From Raillietiella orientalis (lineage: Eukaryota): a DNA stretch of 64,000 bases. A model generated the notes under the pieces. It was not told the origin of the DNA. It searched no databases and saw only the letters and a list, made by a program, of their open reading frames with translations. A program made the translations under genes and the position numbers. Of the stretch, positions 50,311 to 61,346 are shown in pieces. The stretch covers positions 1,736,001-1,800,000 of the forward strand of contig JAYWIR010000018.1 in assembly GCA_036172245.1 (NCBI GenBank), written 5' to 3'. Each line of letters opens with the position of its first letter. Position 1 is the stretch's first letter.

Positions 50311-52208
50311 ATGGCATGTTCAGAAGTCAACTTCGAATCGTTGAAGGGTATTTCTTGTGATAACGAAGCAATTTTAACATTTGAAGGAACGGTGGTTACT
50401 GGCTTTGAAAAAGTTGCAGTTGCCGAATGTTTGGAAAAGTTTGGTGGATGCGCGAGTTTAGTCAGGGGAGGCGTTTTTTTTGATGTCCCTACAGGGAAAC
50501 TTGATAAAGTAAGAAATTTGAAGATCATTAAATGCTTACAGTTATGAATATTCATTCTAGCTGTTCACTCTCAGATCATTTGACACAATTTACCTACTCA
50601 CCGATGTGTTTAAAGAGTTTGAATTCTGCGGAATTAAGGTAGGAAATTATGGTGCCATCAAATAATCACAAATTATGAAGGAGCAAGATTTGAAAAATCT
50701 GGAATTATTGGTGATGTCATCTAATTTACAGAATAAACTTTCAGTTTGGAAAGAAATTATTTTATCGAGCCCAGAGAATACAGGTATTGTTTTGTTATCA
50801 GCAGTGATTACTGTGATTCCATTTAAGAATTGATGTTATTGAAATCAGTAAGTAACTATTGAAGTCAGTTAAGGATGCTCGATGAAATGGAAGCTGGTGT
50901 TTTTTAAGTAATGGTGGTTATCATTTGTTGAGTGATTTATTTTCCCAAGAATGTATTCAGCTCCACAAATTTGGAGTTTATTAGGGTTTGTTTGTTTCAC
51001 TAAGGTTGGCATTCACTGCACCCTTTTCAAAAGATTACTGTGATAGTACTGTTTGAAATCTCACATAATCGAAAGGGCAAATGTTTTTGAGTGCAACAAT
51101 TCAACCTAGGCTATTTTTTTTCAACATAGAAGTTGATTTGATTCTTTCAGAATTGAATTTCTTCCTTCATTGATCAATGTGCATTAAATATTGTGCAAAC
51201 TGCTTGTACAGCTTAAAGTGATATGTATTTTTTGTCAGGAAAAAAAAACAATCCAGAGGATGCTACTTTTTCATTTAGAGTCACATGCTATCGCTCTGGA
51301 GAACTACATTCTTTTACTTCCCAGGAAGCTGCATCAGCATTTGGAAGTGGCATTGTCAAGAAACATGGTTGGAAAGTATCAATGAATGATTTTGATCTAG
51401 AAGTAATATTGAATATTGAAAACAGTAAGGGAGTTCATTACTGTTGGTAATGCAGAATCAAATCTGCAGAATTGGTATATGTATGTTTGGGGCTACAAAG
51501 GCAGAGCTTACATGTACGAAATATCACTCACATAGGACCTACTACTCTTCGTGCCACAATCTGCTACAATATGCTTCAGCTTGCCTGTGTGCAAATTGGA
51601 GATTTGGTTTGTGATCCCATGTGTGGGAGTGGTGCTATTCCTATTGAAGTAAGAGACTGAAATAGCACATTGCATTCTATTTTCTTCAATTTAGGGATCT
51701 GTAGGCATTCCATGTGCTTTTTATATGTGTGGTGATCATCATAAATTAGCTATTACAAGATGCTACCAGAATGTACAGAACATAAATCACCATCTTCCAA
51801 TGTCCATTTTTCAGTGGGATGTAATCCATCTTCCCTTAAGAGATGCTTGCATTGATGTGTTTGTCACAGATCTAGTAATTATGTGGTTGAAAAAAAGCAA
51901 ATTATAATCCCTTGTTAGCCATTTGGAAAAAGAATGGGTTCAAAGAAGAAAAATTATGAACTGTATTATGGTGCTTTACGAGAGCTAGGTCGTGTATGTG
52001 TTCCTAAAAAGGGACGAGCAGTTTTGTTGACTGAGGATAAAGTTAACATGCACAAGGTTAATTTTAATTTTTGTTGTTTATGATTAAGTTTCTATTGCAG
52101 GTTCTTCCAAAGTTTCGTTGGCTGTGGAAAGTGACCCGCATGTGTAACATCAATCTTGGAGGTTTAGCTGCCAGAGTATATGTTTTACATCGGACCATTA
52201 ACTCTTAA
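50311..52208 (+). CDS. THUMPD3: THUMP-domain tRNA (guanine-N2) methyltransferase, THUMPD3/Trm14 family; 8 coding exons, 1170 nt, 389 aa
   Basis: Exons: 50311-50508, 50561-50638, 50681-50783, 51239-51424, 51470-51648, 51695-51874, 51919-52056, 52101-52208. All introns are GT-AG and frame is kept. Motifs: TVVTGFE, THUMP FRVTCYRSGELHSFTSQEAA, GPTTLRATICYNML, SAM-binding DPMCGSGAIPIE, QWDVIHLPLR, DVFVTDLPFGKRMGSK, GRAVLLT. Confidence 0.93.
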
Positions 52209-52313
52209 GAAGTTAGAGTTATGAAGACTCGCTTTTATTGTCTGAGGAGCATGCAGCATTAAGAGTTCAGAATAAGTGACACTTTGTGCCTGGTTTGAGG
52301 TTGCTGAACTACA

Positions 52314-52319
52314 AATAAA
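52314..52319 (+). promoter_or_regulatory. Candidate polyadenylation signal of THUMPD3
   Basis: AATAAA about 105 nt after the stop codon at 52208. Confidence 0.4.
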
Positions 52320-53749
52320 CCTCACAGAAATGGTTAACTATCTTGAAATTGTCAATGATTGTAAATATGTGGATATTTGAAAATTTCCAATTTTAAGAGA
52401 AATGAAAACCTGATTACACTTTTAATTCCTTATTTAAGTAACAGTGTAAGTAACGAAATTATGTTTTGAAGTTCACATGTTGAATGTGAGTCTCACAAGG
52501 ACAGTTTTATGTAATGATGTAATGTAATGTTTTTATTAAACTAGAGGGATGATGATTATTTCCTTACACCTCCTTGGTGAATAATTTGCCTCTGTGCACT
52601 ATCTGTGTTTCATTTCTCTTTTGTTTTCAAAGTTGAAACCTGGAAAATTAATGGAATGGTATTTTAACTTTAGCTATTCACATTCTAGCTAGCTTTTGGG
52701 CGATCCGTAATATTAAACGTTCTCTGAAGCAGAATGCGTCATTAGCAGTGCAATGAGGAAAAGATTGTACTTATCGTCATGATGAAAAAAAACACTGCTG
52801 ATATAAAAACATTGCACCTGTAGGTCATTGCCAAATACAGTACACATCCTGACTTTTTAAGAGTGCAAAGGTTCATTCAGCCAAATGAGAATATTGGATC
52901 ATTTCAGTCTACAGAGCATGTAAAGTGTTTATACAAAAATACCGCCTACAACCAAACGGAATTCAGCTGATCCTCATCACACTGATCGAAAAACACATTA
53001 AGAACTATTACTCTTTAAAATAAATTTCATGTAGTTTAGTGTATAGAATAATAATCTGTAAACGACTTTCACGAGATAATTGTCTAATGACTCAGTTAGT
53101 TCATGCAATCAAGGATGCAGTGCACCCCACGGATTGAATGTAAAACCGGCATAGTCCTATTAAGATATAATGACAAATAGTTTTCTAAGTTACATCGAAA
53201 GGAACGGATTGGTGGCGGTTTTGCAAAGCTTTTCCTTTGCAGTCCAGAAGAAAACGCAGAGAAGATGTGCATAGATTTCTTTTACGAAACACTCTTTTCT
53301 GTCTCGACAGTGGATGGTGTGTCTACTCTTTGCTGTTCGAGGTATAGATAGATATGATAATTAAGCCGTGTATTGCCTCAACACTTTATTATATATTCAT
53401 CACGAATGCTATCGATGCATTTACTATTCCGCAACTGCTCCACGATGGAAGAGAAAGGTTGGTGGTTAGCCGTGACCGATTCCAACCATCCGAAAATACA
53501 TCAGAAAGGTGCTAAGAAAGATACACATCAGTGTCGCGAGTTCCTGGCGGAAGAGGACAAAACACGAAATTTCCGTTACCAAAGCATTTTGCTTCACACA
53601 CAAATGAGACTCGGTGGCGACAAATTTCAAGGAATTCTTTACAACTGAAACTGGAATGGAATTCCTTGGAATGAAAACTTTCAAGCCCCGCATTAAACAG
53701 GCCTTTTTTTTTTTTTGGCGCCAATAGTTAAAGTTATGTGTAATTGCTA

Positions 53750-54400
53750 GCTTGCAATATTATGATGAATTCCAACACATGCTAACCATTGGAGTAAGAT
53801 GTTTCGCAATGCGTACACAGTGACGACCGAAAGCTTATGAAATGAAGCGTATGGTGAAGATGCAGAGTTCAGATTATTCCTGATTGTCTGCACGTTGTAG
53901 CAGTTTAGTTTCTCCTCTCTAGGGATTACCATAGCATTTATACTGAACCATGTTTCTAAATTTACGTTCCTTTTCTATTCTGTTTGGCTTTGGGTCAGAA
54001 CCCAAAGGCTACCTAAAAAGATTTTCCATGAGAACTTCCTTTTGCTGACTTATGTTTTGATCTTTGAGAAACTTGCAAGCAATCTAATATGAGAGTTCAT
54101 TTTGCAATGCATCTAAGTTTGTCCTCCTAAGGCATTATTTGGAGACAAATCTGCGTTTTACAACCTCCATGTTTGTTTCCAGCTATCAGTCCTATTCACA
54201 TGGGAAGAATGGAAACCTGAAGAACGAATAGGATTTTCTTATCATTTTGAAAAAGCTGTTGTCACACTTTAATATTACCCTATTTTCACTGTCGCCTATA
54301 GAAGCGATCTTGTCAAGTTTGATTTAAAAAGGTGAGTCTAACATTTGTAAATTACACCGGACCATTTTTTAATATGATTTCTTTTTAGAAAAGCAAGTTT
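53750..54400 (-). mobile_element. Possible decayed CR1/L2-like RT fragment
   Basis: LETWFSINAMVI near 53925-53960 resembles LxxWFxxNxLxLN. Otherwise eroded. Confidence 0.25.
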
Positions 54401-55899
54401 CGTGCCATTTTTGGGAGCAAAAGAAAATCCATTGCTTCTCATCTTCTCAATTTATTTCTGTGTTCTCACCAGATCCCCTGTAAAATCAAATCAGTTTCAT
54501 GAGCGCACTGGAAAATATCCTCAATCTAAATTGTCCTTTTCTTTGGGTTTCCTTAGCAATGTCGGAATGCTGACAAATTTAGAGTTTCGTGGCAGATGTT
54601 CAGCTCTGCCACGATAAAGAGTACAAAGGTGACCAATGGCTTTGCTACGAAACCCACCCAACATACCCTAGTTACAAACATGAAGATATTCATTAAATTA
54701 ATTCAAGCTGGATTCTTTCACGAATAGTTACATGCAACCCGATCCTCTAATGAACAGAAAGAGCCGTGCTGCTCAGTTGCTATACCCAATAGAAAAATGC
54801 AGGTTCTAAATTCAGCACCACAATTACAGAATTATCCTGAGACACTGAAGAGTCAAAAATTGTAGCTGAACAGCAGCAGCTGCAACAACAACAACAACAA
54901 AAAGCCTCACTGTGCAATTTGCGAGTCATCTATGAATGTTAACCGTGGTGGAACGGTAAACAAATTAAAGGAAACAACTGCTTTTCGGAAATTCACAACC
55001 TAATGAAACTCAAGAAATCCCCCTGATCCCTGCCTTAAATGCAAGAAGAGTTCGGTTTCCACTTACAGAAAAAGAAGACCTCCACTGCAGAAAGCGATGA
55101 TGAAAGAGCTGCTTTGAGGATCGACGACTGTAAACTAAGCGATTTGATTGCATCACTCCGAAAGTGACTGATTCACTCGATCCGAAGCTGAAGACGAAAA
55201 AATTTCAGCTCCAAACAACATCTTGCCGATGCCACAGGAAAGCAACAACAACAACAACAACTGGAGAGCATGGAATGAATGTAATGCGTTGAGAAGTTCC
55301 TTCTGGATGGAGAACTAAGGCGAAAAATTGACAGAACCGAACTTTTTTCTTTCCCTGTGAGAAAGAAACGAAGCGAACCGAATTCAAAGCTTGCTGCTCT
55401 GCTGTGATTCCCTATTTGGGTCCGGGAGCAATGAAGCAACACGCAAAACTTGAATGGAACGAAACGTGAGCTTCTGCAAGTTTGCGTCTGAGGAAGCCAA
55501 AGTTTTACGTCACCGTTGCAGCAGAAAACGCATGTGCCTAATTGGAGTCTGAGAATAAAGTTAGGAGCCTACACTGTTCTCGAAAGGAACTCCATCACGG
55601 GGTTGAATTTTCGAAGATAAAAATCGGATCAACACCAGAGGATCTAAATTGCTGCGAAACGAGGAAAATGCAGCCGAGGAGACTCTTAAGAAATGAATTT
55701 GTTCAAGCATTTCAAGAATGAGCTACAAAAGTTAACCGTGGTTAATCCCGAACCTGTTCCATTTCCTTGACAGGTAACGAATTTCGTACAGGAACAGGAA
55801 CGGCATATGCAGTGAGTTTCCTTTCAGATGGCTTGCGATTTGGGAAGAACCCCATGATACAGATTCCTAATCAGCATGATCTTTGCAGACATCTTACGC

Positions 55900-57100
55900 T
55901 GCGATGTGGATAACCGTCCTGCGGCAATCAGCATTGCCCTCAATACTGATACATTTTCCCTCCTCCGTATAGGATGCTCGGATAAAAGAGAACTATATGA
56001 TAAAGTTGAACTCACATCATTTTGTAAGTGCCCTCTATGGCGCAAAGAGTGAAATCTTTTACATACTAAACGTGCAACGCGTATTTTCTCCAAGACTGAT
56101 CTGGCAAACAGGACTCAGGAAATAACGGATTCGGGAAACTGGAAAAGGGATGTGGGGTCTCCGGTGGCACAGTGACGAAAGCAGCGATCTGCATTCATTT
56201 CGTTCATCTAATTCGTATGCTGTATGCGATTCACCTACAGTGTGACCGAAACCGTACGTACAGAATACTATCGGTGCATCGCTTCTACAACGAGAGCACA
56301 AACCTGGATTCCTCAAACGTAAAGGGGCTTTTCGTGGCCGGTTGGAAAGTGGACCTCAAGGATGCGTGGGCGCATTTTCTAGGGACCTGGGAATTCCTGT
56401 TCCTTCACGTTCCCAAGTGACGCTTCGGTGTGGCCATCGTCTGGGAAGCCGATTCTCTCCTCGGTTAACACTGTGCTTAGTGACCAAAGCGAGGTGATCT
56501 CAGAGTGTGGGAAGCGTGCAGAAAACTGGATGAGATTGCGAGCAAGTTTCCGTGATTGATGTCTTCACCGTCCTTCTCATATGTCCAGGAAGGATGCGTG
56601 GTTCGTGGTGCACTACCGTCTCAACAACTTTGGATCGAGGGAGCTCAATCCAAGGTTGTTGTACAGTGTTCCGTCGCATTGTACGTGAATCACTTACAGC
56701 ATGTGAATGAGGTGAGCAAAATGGATGCAGATTGCTGCCTCCGTCGAAATGGACGCTTCGAGCTGTCACCGCATACACAGAAGAACGGGACAACATTGGC
56801 AAAACGCTTGCTGTTCTCCGGGACTCATCCCTCTTCAGATTTCCAGGTCTCTTCCACTAGGAAGGAAATCTGGTGGCGGATTTACTGAGGCAGCAGCAAG
56901 GCGGAATTTTCCGCCTTGCAGCAGTTCTGTTCACGGGAAGCTCTTTCGATGTGCGCAACCAGGCTGCTGCTGGCTGCCGCGCGTGCTGCCGACCTCACCA
57001 TTCGGGAGCCAATTGCCTGCCTGCTCCCGCAAACATCGCACTCTCTGATCCCTGCAGCGGAGGATGAGGCGCAGGAAGGAGCACAGCCTGACGGAATCCC
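55900..57100 (+). mobile_element. Decayed APE endonuclease and linker of a LINE ORF2
   Basis: Ordered remnants: MLYA, DLKDAW (LxDxW), FTFP in the adjacent frame, and VLSDQSEV (SDH-like) at about 56473-56496. Confidence 0.4.
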
Positions 57101-57299
57101 GTCCGCGCCCTCTCGAATGCAAGCTGGATGCTGAGAGGAGCGGCTTCGAGCTGCGATCCCGCATAGCTTTCCAAGAAGAACGGCGACTCACCGAAGGCCA
57201 GACTGGAGGTTGCGAGAGCGCATTTCTCCGCCTCTAGACCCCTTTTTTCCCCGTCCGCCCTTCCTCCGATACCCGACATAGCTCGTCGTGCAAGCGGAG

Positions 57300-60200
57300 G
57301 CCCCTCAATTCGTGGGATAAATCGGTTCCACGGGGAAGGCAGGGAAAGAGAAGGAGAGGGGATTCGAACCGTAGTACGAAGGGTGGTCTGAAGACGCCTG
57401 CTCAATCTTCTTGAGAGATCGAAAACTCTTGTGGTGGGGCCAATCGGAAACATCCAGCTGAGTGACCGTGAAAGGCACGTGTGGAACAGCGGGAGGAGGT
57501 CATTGTGGATGACATGCCAAAGAAGAACAAAGTTGGTGGGAGGAATTCCTTTGTTCCCCGGCCGGCACAAGGAAGCATCGGTCTGGGAAACTCGCAGTCC
57601 TGCCAACGATCCAGGAGTCCCGTAGGGAGGCCGAACGGAGAGCGGGGGCCATACGGAAAGGGTCACTGCAACGCTCGGTCAGTGTGGTCTTTTCCCTAAA
57701 GAGTGATGAGAAGGCATGCTACCTGATTTGAACTTCCCAAAACGGAGTGGATGCGGTGGAGAGAAAGGAAGGCCTCTTCCGCGATGGAGCAACTCGAGTC
57801 TGAGACCATCCAAGTTCGCTCCCAGACGAGAGTTGGGGGGAAGGGGTGTGGTAGTTAATCATCCTCTTTTGCTAAAAGGAGAACAGTCTTCTCCCTCCTG
57901 GAAGACTACGAAGCTGCTCCCTGTTATCTGCGGATGATTAGGTCCTGCATGAGCTATACTGCATGCAGCATGCATTTTTTTGCGCATCTATGCTTGGAGA
58001 CAGCAGCATCCATCAAGGGTGGAGGAGATGATCGGATAAGGGAGTGTGGCTCCAGGAGCCAAAAGGAGGAAGGAGGAGAAAACAGTGAGCCCTGATAAAA
58101 GTCAGAGAGTGATAACAACTGTAGTGAAGGAAGATAAGGAAACCGATGGACAGGAGAATCATGGCAAAGAAGGGAAACTGGGCTTAACATGGCGATGGAT
58201 CGAAAAGATGAGGGACCTGAGATCCTACCGACCAAGCATGCTTCAAGCATCGCTTCATCACTCCTTCCTCGCGGGCGTTCTGCCTGCACTGGGTGATGCT
58301 GCTGTCTTCTCCAGTTTGCGCGACGTTGCCAAACGCGCATCAACACATCTTTGGAGCTGAAATGATCGGAGCGACTCTCTCGGGAGCAACTCTTCCCTCA
58401 CTGCTCCCTCCCCTGGCGGTGATCCGTCCTCGCGTTCTCTCCATGCGTTCCTCCAGGAAGGATACAGTTCCCCGTTTTCCTGATTCTCGGGAATGACGAG
58501 TCGCTGCTTCCATCCCGGTTTGATGTTCCCGGCTTCCTCCGGCAGGTTTCGCCTCGTGGACCTCCTCGCCGCCTCGTACGAAAGTCTTCGGCGAGTCCCG
58601 CGGGTGCGTCCTCCGATATCTGAAGGAGGGGGGGGAGAGGAGGGTGGTGAGCCGACTAGGGCAGCGGTGGTCGGCCGAGAAGAGGAAGCAGTAGCCGCTC
58701 ACCACAGTCCAGACGTGAAGTGCGATTGGGATCCGGCCAAGAGGGGGATCAAGAGGCCGCGCTTTTCTTGAAGGGGTGGGGGTGGAGGGCAGCATCCGCA
58801 TGTCTTTCTTCGTGACTCATCTCAGTTACGGGAGACCTTTCCAGAATCCTTTCGGAGGTCCCACTGTACGTTTCCCAGCAAGGACTCTCCCGCGCTTCCA
58901 GAGCGAAGAACCTGCGCGACCACTGACCGCTCCACTTTGCCAGGAAACTTTCGCGCCCGCCGAAGAGATCCCGCAGTGAAGGCATCCGAAATGACTGCGT
59001 GAGGAGATTCCCTCTTCCCAAGGAGAGCGGGAGGGTCAACCCCTCCTTTCTTCGTCAGCCTCGGGGTCACCCTTCCTGCTCCCTTCTCGGCGAGCGGCGG
59101 GGCTTTTGGCTCACGGAGCGGTGGCGCTTGGGAGCCATGCAGTCGTTCCAGAGATCCCCGCCCCGAGGGCTCCGTGGCAATCACTACCGAGCCGGTTCTG
59201 AAGACAGTGGCGTCCCTTGCTTCGGAAAATAGTCTCAGGAAAACTCCTCTGTGCTGGGAACAAAATGGAGGTGGAGTTCTTTCGGGTTTTCGGAGGCGCG
59301 AAAGGAAGAGAAAAGGGTATGGCGCTGCACGGGTGGGACCAGCTGCGGTCGGAAAACGACTGTGAAGAGCACGTCTCCCTGATAACAGCTAGCCAGCCAG
59401 GATCCCAATTGCCTGGCAAGTGGGTCGCTCCACATCCCGAGAATCCCTTTCACTTGTGCTCCTCTTTTGGGGGTAAACCGAGAGGATCCCCAGAGATCCC
59501 TCAGTGCTCGCTCCTGGCAGTTTAGGCTTCTTTCGTTCGCCAGAATTCGCATCCGCCGACCCATTTTCCCCTCCTCGTCTAGCAGCAGCTTTCGAGTTTG
59601 GGAGGAGGAGAAAAACGGGAGGGATGACGGCTTCTGGTAGATCGCTCATCCTGTTACTGCCCCCCACCAACGATCATGGCGCGGCTCCCGTTCACGGACT
59701 TGCCTGTTCATCTGGTCATCAGCGATGAGCAAATCACGTGGCGCCCTTCGCGCATGCCCGAGTCATCCGATCCCCACTTCCCTACTTCCCTTCCTTTCCT
59801 GCATCTGAGAGCTTCCTGATCGTCTCTCCAGGAGTGGCTCACCTTGGTTCCGCAAACCCTTCCTCCCTATTTGGCAGCAGAACGAGAGGCTCCCACGCAC
59901 TATAGCGGTGCGATGAAGGGAGATCGGCTCCCTGTTTTTCTCCCACAGGTCCCGCTAACAAGAGAAACTCCGAGGCGAGAATGCAGACGGACAAGAGGGA
60001 CGCTCTGCAGGTGTCATTTTCACCACCGCTGTCTGGACTTTCATCGGGAAATCGCAAACGGCGTCTGCGGGATGACAGAATGTTTGGTCGGGATGACAGG
60101 ATGGGGGAGAAGGGACAGTCTGAAGCGGCTTCGAAAATGCTGTTGGAGGAGAGGTGCCGTTCCCCGGTCGCGTGTGGGACGCAGTGTGGCTGTTGAAGAC

Positions 60201-61050
60201 AGCTGCAGCAGTTCTGACGGAAATCCTTGAGCTATGGCTCACATTTTCCAGAACCCACGCAACCATCCACGAGCCAGGATGTCCCTCAGTAATTCCCGGC
60301 GGGGAAAAAAAACCAACAACCTCAAAAACGGAACGAATTGATCAAGGGACTGCAATGCGGGAACGGGCGAAAGCCAAGTGCCTCCAGTGCGCTTGTGCTA
60401 GCCCGAAGCTGTCTTATGCGGAGAATCCCAGCTGCTCCATCACCAGCTTCCGTAACTCCCTGGCCCTCAGGGTTAACGGTGCACTCGGAGAACAGGCGCT
60501 TTGTGACCGGTTCGATCCTGGCTACGCGTGAACTTTGTTGCGCGCCAGCAAAACCTTGGTCAGCAGGCCATGCCCCACCATCAACCCGTGCTTTCGCCAG
60601 TTGCTGCTCTTTCATTTGCCCCCATGGTGGGTTCCTTCTCTGCGTGGCCTCCGAACCGGTAGCCCCAAACTCTACGTCTCCCACGAGACACAGACGAAAC
60701 GACCCCTCCATCCTGTTCCGCTTACACTGCTGCCTACCCAGAAGGAAGCAGGTGGTAAGGGTGCGAAAGCAGCAGGTGCACATTCTTCAGACGCAAGTGG
60801 TGCAGCGTGCGGAGGAACCAGAAATGCCAAACGAGCAACAGCGTCAAGCTCTTTCCTCCCAGGGGTGGGAAAGCGTGAGTGACGAACAAAGGTCGCAACG
60901 AGGTCCTCCTTACCAGATCGGCAACGGGACCAAGCTGTTGACCAAGCTTGCATACGTTGCTCAGACCCGAAGGGGGAACTTTCTGCCGAAAATTTTTGCC
61001 GAAAAGCGCATCAAGGACGCTGCTTACATCAGAAGGTTTCCACTGTAATC
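57300..61050 (+). mobile_element. Decayed, colinear L1/Tx1-like element (ORF1 - endonuclease - RT)
   Basis: ORF1-like: NSGRRSLWM...IP...GH/C at 57430-57670. Endonuclease-like: SFFVTHL, LPAP/ERRGFW, GWDQL at 58800-59450. RT-like: FPGRVWD...LTEIL, SLALRV, VHSENRRFVTGSI (HPDQxGFVPGRSI) at 60150-60530. Confidence 0.5.
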
Positions 61051-61305
61051 CGATATTTTCTTAGACGGCTTCCAGGAATGCAGATAATACGGGTTGGATT
61101 ACCGTCGTAGTTTCTTTTGTTAGAAGCATTCTTCCAGGAGTAGACTTTTGCCACTTGCAGCCGCGTTTTCTCCGGGTAACGATAAGATGATGATGATGAT
61201 ATCCTTTAGGCGCGCCCAGTCAGTTTCTCAGTTTTCAAATCATGGCGCATCACCAGAACACAAGCCAAGTGCGAAAGACTTCCCTAGAGATTGCAGCGAA
61301 TCGGT

Positions 61306-61346
61306 TTCTCCTTCTTCTTCTCTCTCTCCCTCTCTCTCTCTCTCTT
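61306..61346 (+). repeat. (TTC)/(TC)n microsatellite
   Basis: Directly visible. Confidence 0.85.

Noticed and set aside
56340..57060. KVDLKDAW read as a DIRS/LTR-type RT motif, with RNase H-like text downstream
   Set aside because: Spacing to PFG and YxDD does not fit. The flanking FTF and SD(H)-like remnants fit an APE endonuclease better.
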